IMG/VR virus record: IMGVR_UViG_3300029468_000001
DNA from: a virus
Taxonomy: Duplodnaviria > Heunggongvirae > Uroviricota > Caudoviricetes
DNA length: 64,000 nucleotides
Direction: 5' to 3' (one strand)
Both the position numbers and the translations under genes were made by a program. Below, piece after piece: positions 51,688 through 62,233 of the stretch. Position 1 is the stretch's first letter. Each line of letters begins with the position of its first letter. Under the pieces are notes generated by a model. That model searched no databases and was not told the DNA's origin. It saw nothing but the letters and a program-made list of their open reading frames with translations.

Positions 51688-52905
51688 ATGCCTACTAAGA
51701 AAACTGGTACAACGCCAGCAAATGAACAAAAAGGAAAAAAGGTCTGTACTTGCTGTCATCATGAGAAACGGTTAGTCTATGGATTTTATATAAGTAAATC
51801 ACCATTATTTTCAATTGACGGGCGATTACCAGTTTGTAAGGATTGTATTGCTGATATGTGCGTTGATTCAGATACAGGAGAAATTAATGAGGTTGAATTA
51901 AATAAATGTCTTAGAAAATTTGACAAACCTTATTATAAAAATGATTTGATGAGTGCATATGAGCAATTTGAAAGAGAACATGCTTTTATTGATAAGGAAA
52001 ATATCAAAAAATATGGTAGAGATATTATAAAGTTATATTTTAAGAATATTAGTATGCGGCAATGTATCAATAAAAGTTACGAAGATTCTGAGAAAGACGG
52101 ATTTATTCATCAAAATACAAATACAGTTAAAAGCAAAATTAAAAAAATTGACACCATTTTCGCAGATGTGAATAATCCATCTCCTGTAATTGAAGATAAT
52201 GAAAACAATGAATGTGAAAACCCAACATCTGCATTTCAAAAAAAAGAAGAACCTATTATATTAGCAAATGATGATAATTTTAAGGTCACACCTGAAATTA
52301 TTGATCTATTTGGCGAAGGTTATACGACTTCAATGTATAAAAAAATGCAAGAAAAATACGATAAGTTAAAAATCAATTATACATTGCAAACCAACATTCA
52401 CCAAGAAGCTCTTGCTACATATGTAAGATTTAAAGTTCAAGAAGAACTTGCTACTGCAAGAGGTGACGTAACTGAGGCGAAGAAATGGTACGATGCAGCT
52501 CAATCTTCTGCTCAAGATGCAAAGCTTACTCCAAAACAGCTTACGAAAGCAGATTTAGATAGTGGAGTTACAAGTATGTCAGAATTAACAAAAGCTCTTG
52601 AACAGGCAGTTGATGTTATTAAAATTCTTCCTCGGTTTAAATATAGACCAAATGATGCTGTTGATTTTAATATATGGTGCTATGTTAATTATGAACGTAG
52701 ACTTAATGGACAACCAGAAGTCGCTTATGAAGATGTATATAAATTTTATGATGAGAAGAAGAAACAATATATTGAACAAAATGGCGATCCTTATGGTATT
52801 TTCTCAAATGATACAACCGAAAAAAATAGAGATACTGTAAAAACATTTATTAAATTGCCAGATGATTATGATGATTTAGGTGGTGAAGATAATGAAAACA
52901 CATGA
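51688..52905 (+). CDS. putative terminase small subunit / packaging-associated protein
   Basis: N-terminal CxxC...CKDC; directly upstream of TerL. Confidence 0.55.
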   Translation: MPTKKTGTTPANEQKGKKVCTCCHHEKRLVYGFYISKSPLFSIDGRLPVCKDCIADMCVDSDTGEINEVELNKCLRKFDKPYYKNDLMSAYEQFEREHAFIDKENIKKYGRDIIKLYFKNISMRQCINKSYEDSEKDGFIHQNTNTVKSKIKKIDTIFADVNNPSPVIEDNENNECENPTSAFQKKEEPIILANDDNFKVTPEIIDLFGEGYTTSMYKKMQEKYDKLKINYTLQTNIHQEALATYVRFKVQEELATARGDVTEAKKWYDAAQSSAQDAKLTPKQLTKADLDSGVTSMSELTKALEQAVDVIKILPRFKYRPNDAVDFNIWCYVNYERRLNGQPEVAYEDVYKFYDEKKKQYIEQNGDPYGIFSNDTTEKNRDTVKTFIKLPDDYDDLGGEDNENT

Positions 52906-54598
52906 TGAAATTAACTTCGCTACGCAATGTGAACAGGATAGAATTATTCAATTAGAAGATGAAAGTACATTTGGCAAGCACTTGTGGAATTATTATGAGT
53001 TTATTAGTTGGGCGAAATGGTACCCAGATTTATATGTAGAACTTTTTAAAGGAAAAGATAGTAATAGGCAATTGCATTTTGACCAAAGAACATTTATGAG
53101 AGCTGATATGCGTTTTATGAGTATGTATGGTACATTCAGTCGTGGATATGCGAAAACATATACAGAAATGCTTGATGATATGATCGCAGGAACTTTGTTT
53201 CCCAATATTACGATGTCTGTAACGGCTCAAACACGTGAAAATAGTGCCGCTTTAATGGAAGACAAATACAATGAAATTTTAACTGATTTCCCTCTTTTTG
53301 AAAATGAAATTGAGAAAGTACGATTTTCAAAAAATGACGCACTTATACAATTTAAAGGTGGGGCAAAAATTACAAATCTTGCAAATGCACAAACGTCAAA
53401 AGGTAGAAGAAGGAATCGTATCAAGATAGAAGAATCTGCTCTTTTGAATAATGCTCTTTTTGAAGATGCTTTAGCTCCTATTGTTGAAGTTGGTAGAACT
53501 ACTTGTGGAAGTCTTGCGATTATTGATCCAGAAGAATTAAATCAACAAATTCATTTCTTTACTACAAGTGGTTATAGAGGTACAGATGAGTATAATCGAA
53601 GTGTAAATATGGTAAAAGGAATGGTTTCGTGTAATGGCGAAATCGTACTAGGTTCTGATTGGATGCTTCCTTGCTATTATGGTCGTGGCTCTACAAAAGC
53701 ACAGATTTTAAAGAAAAAGAAAACTTCTAATCCTATCTTTTTTGCTCAAAACTATGAACAAAAATGGGTAGGATGTGCGGATAATGCTCTTGTTGACGTA
53801 AACAAATTAATGGCTTCACGTATTCTTACAGAACCAATATTAGAAATGCAACGAGAAACTGATGAATTTTATATCGCAGTCGATGTTGCTCGTAGTGAAA
53901 ATACAAGTAATAACCAGTCTGCTATTGTTGTATTAAAAGTATTGAGAAGTCCTGTAAATAAACGTGTTGTAGATATTCAAGCGGTGAATGTATTAGGTGT
54001 ATCAAATAAAATGAATTTCAAAAATCAAGCCTGTCTAATAAAAAAATTAAAACGTCAATATAAAGCAAAAATGGTAATTGTTGATGGGAACGGATTGGGA
54101 TCTGGTCTCGTTGATCAACTTTTATTAACATCTTACGATCCCGTTACAGGAGAAAACTTAGGATGCTTTGATACAATTAATACAGATAATAAACCAGAAG
54201 TTGACAATGCAGAAAAATGTTTATTTGATATGAAAGCACAAGGACAACAAACAAAGGTTGTTTCATATTTTATAAATGCAGTAGATAGTAATATTTTACA
54301 TATGCTTATCAGAAAACAAGAACAAGATTTCACAGATAAAGAAAGAGAATTTTTTGATAAGAATGTAGCTCCGTTCATGAATACGGAGCTTTTATTTATG
54401 GAAATAACAAACTTACGATTGAAAGTTTTATCTGGAAATAATCTTACAGTAGAAAAGGTAGTTAGAAAAATTGATAAGGATAAATTTTCAGCTTTATCTT
54501 ATGGAATATTTTATATCATGGAATTTTGCAATAAGGATAAAGAACCTGAAACAGACTACTCTTCTGCCCCCATCTGTGCATCATCAATATCATTCTAA
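52892..54598 (+). CDS. terL: terminase large subunit
   Basis: SRGYAKT Walker A, KGRRR, IEES Walker B, AVDVAR, DGNGLG, KDKFSA. Confidence 0.88.
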   Translation: MKTHDEINFATQCEQDRIIQLEDESTFGKHLWNYYEFISWAKWYPDLYVELFKGKDSNRQLHFDQRTFMRADMRFMSMYGTFSRGYAKTYTEMLDDMIAGTLFPNITMSVTAQTRENSAALMEDKYNEILTDFPLFENEIEKVRFSKNDALIQFKGGAKITNLANAQTSKGRRRNRIKIEESALLNNALFEDALAPIVEVGRTTCGSLAIIDPEELNQQIHFFTTSGYRGTDEYNRSVNMVKGMVSCNGEIVLGSDWMLPCYYGRGSTKAQILKKKKTSNPIFFAQNYEQKWVGCADNALVDVNKLMASRILTEPILEMQRETDEFYIAVDVARSENTSNNQSAIVVLKVLRSPVNKRVVDIQAVNVLGVSNKMNFKNQACLIKKLKRQYKAKMVIVDGNGLGSGLVDQLLLTSYDPVTGENLGCFDTINTDNKPEVDNAEKCLFDMKAQGQQTKVVSYFINAVDSNILHMLIRKQEQDFTDKEREFFDKNVAPFMNTELLFMEITNLRLKVLSGNNLTVEKVVRKIDKDKFSALSYGIFYIMEFCNKDKEPETDYSSAPICASSISF

Positions 54599-54613
54599 AG
54601 AAAGGAGGATTTC

Positions 54614-56329
54614 ATGTCAAAATCAGAAGAACCAGAATATATTGACAATCCTGACAAGGATTATAAATTAACAATTGCTTCAAGCATACAAGATAATGAT
54701 GGAGATGAAACCGTCCTTGTTACAGCAGAAGCGATTAAAAAGCAATCTGAAAATTGGATGTATGAAGCAATGCAAAGTTTTGATAAAGGCGGTCAACAGT
54801 ATTCCGTCAGATTTAATGAAGCATCTTCATCTTCTACATCATCTGAAACTACGTTAGATGATATTAAAGAATTAGCATTAAACGCTCAAAGTGATATATC
54901 TAAAATTCAGAAAATTAATCAATTAGTACGACAAGCCGAAAATGAGGATGACATTATTGGTAAAGTACACGAATCTATAGAATCAAATCTTAATGCAAAT
55001 GTCAGATATTCATTTGACAATCTCCCTAAAGAATATGATCAGGATATAAAAAACAAAGCCGAAGGTGTTATTAAACGATTTCACAAAGAAGTGAATATAA
55101 ATGATGTTATGACCACTTCTATCACTTCTACTTATGATGAAGGTAACTGTATTCAGTATCTTCGCTCAAAGAAAGCCAAAGGAATCTATCATCATGTAAT
55201 TGACAAATATCCATTGGGCGTAGCTGTTATTTCTGATTATTCTTTAAATGGAATCCCATATGTATTAATTGATACAACAGAATTATCAAACAGACTTCAA
55301 AAGTCTACATTAAAAAATAAAAAGAATAAACCGTTATTCTTCAAGAATACAGCCGAAGAAATAAAAAATAACTATCCAAAAGAAGTTATTGATGCTTATG
55401 TCTCAAGAGAAAAATATGCACGACTTGATATCAGACGTACAGGCGTTAATCGTTTTGGTAATCTTGGCAGAGCTTATGGACTCTCTCCTATTTTTAAGGC
55501 ATTGAAGCCAAAACTTATGCTTGATACTTGTGATAAAGCAGATGCAGTTAATGCAAAAGCTAAAGCAAAGAAAATTATTACTCAGATTATGCGTAAAGAA
55601 ACTATGGGTGACACTTACGATAAAAAAGGTCTTGAGGATATGGCTTATGCTCATACCTGTTTAATGGCAGCATGGGCTAATCCTACAGTAGTCTATACTC
55701 CACCGCCATGTGTGGAAAAAGTTATGTATGTAGAACCGTCTGTAGAGTTTACAAATGAAAGCACTGTAAAACAATATCGTTCCCGTGTTACTTCTGCATT
55801 AGGAATTTCATTTTTAAATACGGATGGTCAACAAACAGTAAGTACGGCAAATATTTCTATTAAACAACTTATGCGTACTATTAATAAGATTGCTGAACGT
55901 CAAGAAGTAATTTTACAACGATGGTATGAAATTGTTCTAACAGAAGAAAAGATACCTATTGAATACTGCCCTACTCCACATATTCTCGATGCAGAATTAT
56001 TAGAGTTTGAAATGAAAAAGGATCTTGCAGAGTTCCTATATTCTAAATTAAATTGTTCATTCCGCACAGCATATGAAACATTGGATATGAATTTCAATGA
56101 TGAAATGGAACGCAGAAAAGCAGAACAAGATAGTGGAGTTGATGAAATCTTTATTCCACATCCGACATCTTATAATTCTTCTGGTAATCAAGATGAACAA
56201 GAGGATGAACAGCAAGAAGAAAAGGATTCTAAAGGTGGTAGACCTAAAGGAAGTACATCAAAGGGAAATTCTGTAAACGAATCGAAACAAGAATATGATA
56301 GTAACTATCAAGAATCTAAAACAACTTAA
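54614..56329 (+). CDS. portal protein
   Basis: Follows terL; YGLSPI motif; acidic tail with GGRP. Confidence 0.75.
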   Translation: MSKSEEPEYIDNPDKDYKLTIASSIQDNDGDETVLVTAEAIKKQSENWMYEAMQSFDKGGQQYSVRFNEASSSSTSSETTLDDIKELALNAQSDISKIQKINQLVRQAENEDDIIGKVHESIESNLNANVRYSFDNLPKEYDQDIKNKAEGVIKRFHKEVNINDVMTTSITSTYDEGNCIQYLRSKKAKGIYHHVIDKYPLGVAVISDYSLNGIPYVLIDTTELSNRLQKSTLKNKKNKPLFFKNTAEEIKNNYPKEVIDAYVSREKYARLDIRRTGVNRFGNLGRAYGLSPIFKALKPKLMLDTCDKADAVNAKAKAKKIITQIMRKETMGDTYDKKGLEDMAYAHTCLMAAWANPTVVYTPPPCVEKVMYVEPSVEFTNESTVKQYRSRVTSALGISFLNTDGQQTVSTANISIKQLMRTINKIAERQEVILQRWYEIVLTEEKIPIEYCPTPHILDAELLEFEMKKDLAEFLYSKLNCSFRTAYETLDMNFNDEMERRKAEQDSGVDEIFIPHPTSYNSSGNQDEQEDEQQEEKDSKGGRPKGSTSKGNSVNESKQEYDSNYQESKTT

Positions 56330-56334
56330 ACGAG

Positions 56335-57933
56335 GTGATTGAAATGGATAATGAACATATTATTCTTAACAGTCGCCCCATATCTATAGCGTCTTATACC
56401 AATTATAAGGAAGCTGTCTTTTTGATTAGTGTGTTAGATGAACCTGATTCATACGGAAGAATCATTCCAGAAGAAGCAGGTGAAAAATATTTTGACACAA
56501 TCATTGGATATCCAATCGTAGCCAAACTTAAAAAGAATATTTTCGGACAACCTGTAGATTTTGGTGGTCATGAGTTGATTATTCAAAAAACTAAAGATGG
56601 GAAAAAGAAAAGTCATTTTGATACTGTTCCGATTGGTAGTGTGACAGACGCATGGATTGAGGAACGTGAAGTAGATGGTTATGATGGCACACCAAAATGT
56701 ATTTTAATCAAAACTAAATTATGGACTTCACGTTTTCCAGAATATTTTAAAGTATTTGATAAATTATGGGACGATGGAGAAATTAGCAGCTCATGGGAAT
56801 TAACTGCAATTGATGTAGTTACTGAGGGTGCTAATAAAATTTATAAAGTTTTTGAATTTATTGGCAATTGCATTTTAGGCAGCAATAGAAATCCTGCTGT
56901 TCCAGGAGCAGGTGTAATTGAATATGCCGAAATGGATGACTTGGAAGAACAATTATCTTCTGCTCTTCTTGCTGATATTTCAAATACTGATATAGTAAAC
57001 TATGAAGATATTGAAGAAAAGGAGGACATGAATTTGGCTGGAAAAGCAAAAACTAATGTCTCTGCGAATACAGAAGAAAAGGAAGTTACTACTCCTGTAG
57101 AACAAGCAGAGAACGAAAAAAATCAGAAAGAAACTGCTGAAAATACAAATGTAACAGATCCAGGAACAAAAGAAACTGCTGAATCTAATGTTGAACCAGA
57201 GAACAACCCAGAAGAACCAGAAACAGCTTCTTTAACGGATTGCGATTTATTCACAAAGATTAATAAAGCTTGTGAAGATGCAATTAAAGGTTGGGGATAT
57301 CTTTCTTATTGGTTTCCAGAAGAACATACTGTTTGGTTTCATGCGGATAATGCTCCAACACAGTTAGACTATAAGTTATTTACATATACAGTTGAAAATA
57401 ATGAAGTGACTGTTTCTGAACCGCAAGATGTAAAACTTACTGTTTCTGTATCAGATATTAATACTGTTCTTGCTGAAAAAGATGAGAAAATTGAAACATT
57501 AACCGCAGAGCTTGAAATCAAAGATAAAGCTGTTATCTCCGCAGGTGAGAAAATTGGCAAACTTAATGTGCAGATTTCTGAATTACAACCATATAAAGAA
57601 CAGGTTGAAAAAGCAGAGCAAGAAAAGATTGAAGCTGAAATTGCAGAAGAAAAAGAATCCTTAAAGAAAAATCTTCTTAAAGGTGGATTATTCACTGAGG
57701 AAGAAATCGCAAAAGCTGAAATCGCAGAATTAATTGAAGCAAGAGATAAAACTGCCATCAATAGTTTAATTGCAGAAAAATACATTGCTTCTTTTGATAA
57801 AGAAGAAACTGATGTAGCAGAGGATGTTGAAACAGAAGAATCAAATCCTGTAACAGCAACAGCAAGTTTAGAAACTGATGATGTGAATGAAAGCGCAAGT
57901 TCTTTCATGACTAAATTTTTATTAAGACGATAA
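56335..57933 (+). CDS. prohead protease/scaffold fusion
   Basis: FGGHE, SSWE, PAVPGA N-terminal domain; acidic coiled-coil C-terminus. Confidence 0.7.
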   Translation: MIEMDNEHIILNSRPISIASYTNYKEAVFLISVLDEPDSYGRIIPEEAGEKYFDTIIGYPIVAKLKKNIFGQPVDFGGHELIIQKTKDGKKKSHFDTVPIGSVTDAWIEEREVDGYDGTPKCILIKTKLWTSRFPEYFKVFDKLWDDGEISSSWELTAIDVVTEGANKIYKVFEFIGNCILGSNRNPAVPGAGVIEYAEMDDLEEQLSSALLADISNTDIVNYEDIEEKEDMNLAGKAKTNVSANTEEKEVTTPVEQAENEKNQKETAENTNVTDPGTKETAESNVEPENNPEEPETASLTDCDLFTKINKACEDAIKGWGYLSYWFPEEHTVWFHADNAPTQLDYKLFTYTVENNEVTVSEPQDVKLTVSVSDINTVLAEKDEKIETLTAELEIKDKAVISAGEKIGKLNVQISELQPYKEQVEKAEQEKIEAEIAEEKESLKKNLLKGGLFTEEEIAKAEIAELIEARDKTAINSLIAEKYIASFDKEETDVAEDVETEESNPVTATASLETDDVNESASSFMTKFLLRR

Positions 57934-57948
57934 TAGGAGGAAAATGTA

Positions 57949-58425
57949 ATGATTCGTGATATTAGACGTAATGGCGCACAGCCAAAAGATACAATGCACA
58001 AAGCTGGTGTAGCACTTGTTACAGGTATGGGTGTTGTAATCAAAGATGCTACTACTGTTGAACTTCCAAAAGCTGAAACTGTAGCAAATATTTATGTAGC
58101 AACAAAAGAGCGCATTCCAACTGGCATTAATGCAGCAAGAGTGGATATGTCAGACTATGATGAAGATTTTGTAAAGATTGCCAAAGGTGAGTTCCTTGGA
58201 CTTGAAAGATATACAGATGGTGAAAAGTTTGCAACAGACCAGTATAAAGAAGCTGATTTTTCTGGTGAGGTTGCTGATGGTACACCTGTATCTGTAGGTG
58301 CAGATGGAAAATGGCAGAAACTTACAACTGGATCTTCCAAATATGTATATGAGAAACCATTTAAAGATAATGGTCATGATCTCATTATGATTCGTGTAGA
58401 AACTGATGCAGTTGCACAGGCGTAA
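57949..58425 (+). CDS. head decoration/cement protein
   Basis: Size and position between scaffold and capsid. Confidence 0.55.
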   Translation: MIRDIRRNGAQPKDTMHKAGVALVTGMGVVIKDATTVELPKAETVANIYVATKERIPTGINAARVDMSDYDEDFVKIAKGEFLGLERYTDGEKFATDQYKEADFSGEVADGTPVSVGADGKWQKLTTGSSKYVYEKPFKDNGHDLIMIRVETDAVAQA

Positions 58426-58449
58426 TTAAGATAAGGAGGAATTAACACA

Positions 58450-59445
58450 ATGGCTATTAATACAGAAATTAAAGACATTATGAGCAAAGAGGGTGTACTC
58501 TTTGATGTCGCTGAAAAAATCGAATATAAAAGAGAACTTAATGCCGAGGAAAAAGAAATCGCTGAGATTTCTGATGCTTGGGCTAGGGAGATTGGAAAAA
58601 CTGGAAAAGATCCAGAATGTACAATTGCTGAGTTCATTAATAGAACTGTAAATGAAGAAATTTATAATGCACCAGATGAACTTCTGGATCAAATTTTTGA
58701 AAGAGGTTCTGTTGGTGAGTTTGATGATTATGAAGGTCACAAAGATCCAAAGAATACACTTGTTGCATATGAGGCAGCACGTGGCGGTAATGTAGATCGT
58801 TCCTACATTGATATTTCTGTACTGAAACCTACATGGAAAAACCGTCAGGTTGAAACTGATCTATCTTATGTAGACCTGCGTAAGAATGGCTTTAAATCAA
58901 TTGCTACTCTTACTACATTTATGAAAGAAGCTTGCCAGAACGCACTATTCTTTGATGCACTTGCTCAAGCAGATGATGCAGTTAAAGGTGGAGATCAATT
59001 AATTCCTGTTGATGGCGCAACACCAACACTTGAGGCTATGGACAAGCTTTCTCTTTACCTCAACGATAGAGCAAGCGATAGTGTAATTATCACACTTAAT
59101 AAGTATGCTCAAGCTATTAGACGTATGCCAAACTTTGCACAATATATGAGTAATACTATGAAAGATGATTTCAATAGATATGGTCTTGTTAAAACATATG
59201 ATGGAATTGGTATTGCTGGTATTTCTGGCGCAAAGAAAACTGGTACAGGTTCTCTCCTACTTCCAGATAAGCGTATTTATGGTGTAGCTGGAAAAATTGG
59301 AAATCTTGATATGAAGGGTGAAATTCATACATATCAAGATATGAACAATCAGGGTGAGAAAGTTCATATTATGCTAAAAGATTTCACATATGGAATCATG
59401 CTTACAAATATTGAAAATTTCGCAAAGGTTACTTTAAGTAAGTAA
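58450..59445 (+). CDS. major capsid protein
   Basis: Position, size, strong RBS, downstream hairpin. Confidence 0.75.
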   Translation: MAINTEIKDIMSKEGVLFDVAEKIEYKRELNAEEKEIAEISDAWAREIGKTGKDPECTIAEFINRTVNEEIYNAPDELLDQIFERGSVGEFDDYEGHKDPKNTLVAYEAARGGNVDRSYIDISVLKPTWKNRQVETDLSYVDLRKNGFKSIATLTTFMKEACQNALFFDALAQADDAVKGGDQLIPVDGATPTLEAMDKLSLYLNDRASDSVIITLNKYAQAIRRMPNFAQYMSNTMKDDFNRYGLVKTYDGIGIAGISGAKKTGTGSLLLPDKRIYGVAGKIGNLDMKGEIHTYQDMNNQGEKVHIMLKDFTYGIMLTNIENFAKVTLSK

Positions 59446-59511
59446 TCTTTTTTATTACAAAAATTTTAAGGAGGGTGTGCAAACGCCCTCCTAATATTAG
59501 GAGGAATTGTT

Positions 59512-60189
59512 ATTAATATTCAAGAAACTAAACATATTTCTATTTTAAATTATAACGATAATTGCGTTTGTATTAATATCGCCCCAGGTAAAAGCACTGT
59601 TCTTGAAGCTGCTATAGATGGTCAACCTACAACTATTCCACTTACACTAGATGAAATTCGTTATGCAAATAACGGAACTGCATTTAGGACAGGAAATTTA
59701 GAATTTCCAGAGGATATTGAAGATGATCTATATGATGAGCTTCGTATTGACAAGTCAAAAGTATTAAAGATTAGTGAAATTAGAGATATTCTTTTGAATC
59801 CAACAAAAGAAGGACTTATTAAAATTGTTTCTATTTCTACTCTTTCTGATTTTGATAGAGTGCGTGGACAGTTTCAAAAGTTAAAATCAGAAGGATATAG
59901 ACTTACATTGGATATGGCAAATGTCATTGATACACGCACAAGAGAATTGTTTAATAATCAAATCAAATCAAATATTTCTGTAGATGATGCGGATGTAGTA
60001 CCAAGCAATAAAAAAGTTGAAGAACTTGAACAGCAATTAGCTGAAATGAAAGCACTTCTACTACAGATGAATACATCTAAGCAGGAAGATAAAAAGGAAG
60101 TAGTTGATACTGCTTCTGCTAAAACTGAGGAAGTAAAGACAGTAGCGAAATCTACTAGAAAATCCCCAGGTAGACCTAGAAAAAATTAA
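59512..60189 (+). CDS. hypothetical protein with predicted ATT start
   Basis: AGGAGG 7 nt before ATT; frame open from 59512 into ORF 59794-60189. Confidence 0.7.
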   Translation: MNIQETKHISILNYNDNCVCINIAPGKSTVLEAAIDGQPTTIPLTLDEIRYANNGTAFRTGNLEFPEDIEDDLYDELRIDKSKVLKISEIRDILLNPTKEGLIKIVSISTLSDFDRVRGQFQKLKSEGYRLTLDMANVIDTRTRELFNNQIKSNISVDDADVVPSNKKVEELEQQLAEMKALLLQMNTSKQEDKKEVVDTASAKTEEVKTVAKSTRKSPGRPRKN

Positions 60190-60207
60190 TATGGGAGGTG
60201 AACTCAA

Positions 60208-60711
60208 TTGCCTCAAGAAATTACAAAATTTGAAAAAATTCTCAACAAATTCTATGATCGTATAGAAAAGGATGAGGACTTTTTTAGTTATTATAATATA
60301 GATGTTAGTGAAGCGATACAAATTGCTCAGACTCGTGCTACTAATTATCTATGTGAGGCACTTGATGAATTATCATGCCTCTCGAATTTGGATGTAGATT
60401 TTTCAGATTATGATGAAGATGTACAACAAATTGGTTTTAAATTATTGCCTAAAGAAATCAAACTGGTTGTTGAAATTATGTTTCTTATTTATATGAAAAG
60501 GGATGAATCTCTCCTTCATGCAATGGAAATTAATTTTACGCCATCTGATTTAAGTGTATTTTCACCAGGAAATGAAAGAACAAGTTACCGTAATTTTATT
60601 GCTAAATTGGAACATGATGTATCTATCAAGATTGATGATTACAAAAATCGAGATAGAAAAACTAACGCATTGAAACAGTTTATTAATTATGCTCAGTATG
60701 AGGAGGATTAA
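60208..60711 (+). CDS. putative head-tail adaptor
   Basis: Synteny after capsid. Confidence 0.5.
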   Translation: MPQEITKFEKILNKFYDRIEKDEDFFSYYNIDVSEAIQIAQTRATNYLCEALDELSCLSNLDVDFSDYDEDVQQIGFKLLPKEIKLVVEIMFLIYMKRDESLLHAMEINFTPSDLSVFSPGNERTSYRNFIAKLEHDVSIKIDDYKNRDRKTNALKQFINYAQYEED

Positions 60712-60714
60712 CCT

Positions 60715-61728
60715 ATGGATATTGAGTATTATATGAAATTGCAAAATGCTTATGGTACAAAAAATAAACGTGAGAAAAATTTAGCAAAAATAAACAAACA
60801 TGCTGATAGACATTTTGAAGATACATTTGATACTCAAGATGTTCTAGTAAATAATGAACCTATGCAGTTAATGGTTATCAGAGATACCGACAATAATACA
60901 TATAAGAAGAAAATAAAATCAAGACATAATGATATTATCAGACTTGGTGACTATGTTAAATGGAATGACCAAATTTGGATAATTACATTACTTGATACTG
61001 ATGATAAAGTATGGAATCGTGGATATATGTATTTATGTCAGTTAATGATTAGATGGCAAAATGCAGATGGTAAAATTGTTGAGCGTTGGGGATATTCAGA
61101 AGACTACACTAAATATAGTATGGGTGAAAAAGGTAATTCTACTATTACCGTTGGTGATTATCAATACGGTCTGACTATACCTGTTGATGAAGAAACGAAA
61201 CAACTTAATCGTACCAATAGATTTGTCATAGACTATGATGGAGTATATCCACCAGACGCATATAGAATGACTGGTAAGAAAGGTTTCTTATCTGATGTTA
61301 GATATGTCGATAAAGGTGGTGTTATGACCGTTACATTATCTTATGAGCAATTTAATGAAGTCACAGATAAACTGATTGAGCTAGAAAATGGAACAAAGGC
61401 GTGGATCTGCAACTACAAATCCCCTACCACTCCTACTCTCCCACCATCAGAACCAGACAATCCACCAACATCTGTTACAATTACAGGCGGTGACACTCTC
61501 AGATATGGAAGAGCAAAAACATGGACTGTCACTTTCTCTGATTCTGAAAATCAACCAAACTTCACATGGAATGTCAAATCAGACTTCAAAATCACTCAAA
61601 ATATCACAGGTAATAAAATACAACTAGACTGTTCAAACGGAAAAGCAATTGATAGTACGTTTGTGTTACAAGTTCTCGATAGCAAAGGTGATATTTTATC
61701 TGAAACAACTATTACTATTATAATGTAA
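60715..61728 (+). CDS. putative head-closure protein with C-terminal Ig-like domain
   Basis: Synteny; Pro-rich linker then beta-rich domain. Confidence 0.5.
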   Translation: MDIEYYMKLQNAYGTKNKREKNLAKINKHADRHFEDTFDTQDVLVNNEPMQLMVIRDTDNNTYKKKIKSRHNDIIRLGDYVKWNDQIWIITLLDTDDKVWNRGYMYLCQLMIRWQNADGKIVERWGYSEDYTKYSMGEKGNSTITVGDYQYGLTIPVDEETKQLNRTNRFVIDYDGVYPPDAYRMTGKKGFLSDVRYVDKGGVMTVTLSYEQFNEVTDKLIELENGTKAWICNYKSPTTPTLPPSEPDNPPTSVTITGGDTLRYGRAKTWTVTFSDSENQPNFTWNVKSDFKITQNITGNKIQLDCSNGKAIDSTFVLQVLDSKGDILSETTITIIM

Positions 61729-61741
61729 TCGGAGGTATATT

Positions 61742-62230
61742 ATGGCACAATCAGTTGCTAGGGACTTGGCATATATCAAGTCTACAGTAATCTCTCGATT
61801 ATTAAAATCTGATGAATTTACAAAAGTAATGTTGCGAAAAGAAGATTTTACTGATGCGGAGAGATACGACATGGAGTATAAACAAGTATTTGATTATCCT
61901 TATGTTGATGGTACACAGAAAGAAGTTATGCCTTTTGTCTGTGTGGAAACAGTTTGTAGAGGTACAAATCGTACCGTAAAATCTATGGATTTATATATCT
62001 GGATTTTCGTGCATCGTAACTGCATGAAAATGGATAAAACATGCACCAGTTATGGTGGTAATCGTGCAGACGTTCTTACAGATATTATAGAAAGACTTCT
62101 ACGTGATTCTGATGATTTAGGAATTGGAAAACCAAGTCTTGATGACATTGGCTATACTGTTCCACAATCATCTTACTTTGGTCGTCAACTTAAATATAGT
62201 ATACCAGACTTCAAGATAAAGGAGGTCTGA
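61742..62230 (+). CDS. putative tail terminator/neck protein
   Basis: Synteny. Confidence 0.5.
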   Translation: MAQSVARDLAYIKSTVISRLLKSDEFTKVMLRKEDFTDAERYDMEYKQVFDYPYVDGTQKEVMPFVCVETVCRGTNRTVKSMDLYIWIFVHRNCMKMDKTCTSYGGNRADVLTDIIERLLRDSDDLGIGKPSLDDIGYTVPQSSYFGRQLKYSIPDFKIKEV

Positions 62231-62233
62231 TGT

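Noticed and set aside
57369..58043. 224-aa minus-strand ORF and similar antisense ORFs over structural genes
   Set aside because: Shadow frames of well-supported + strand genes.
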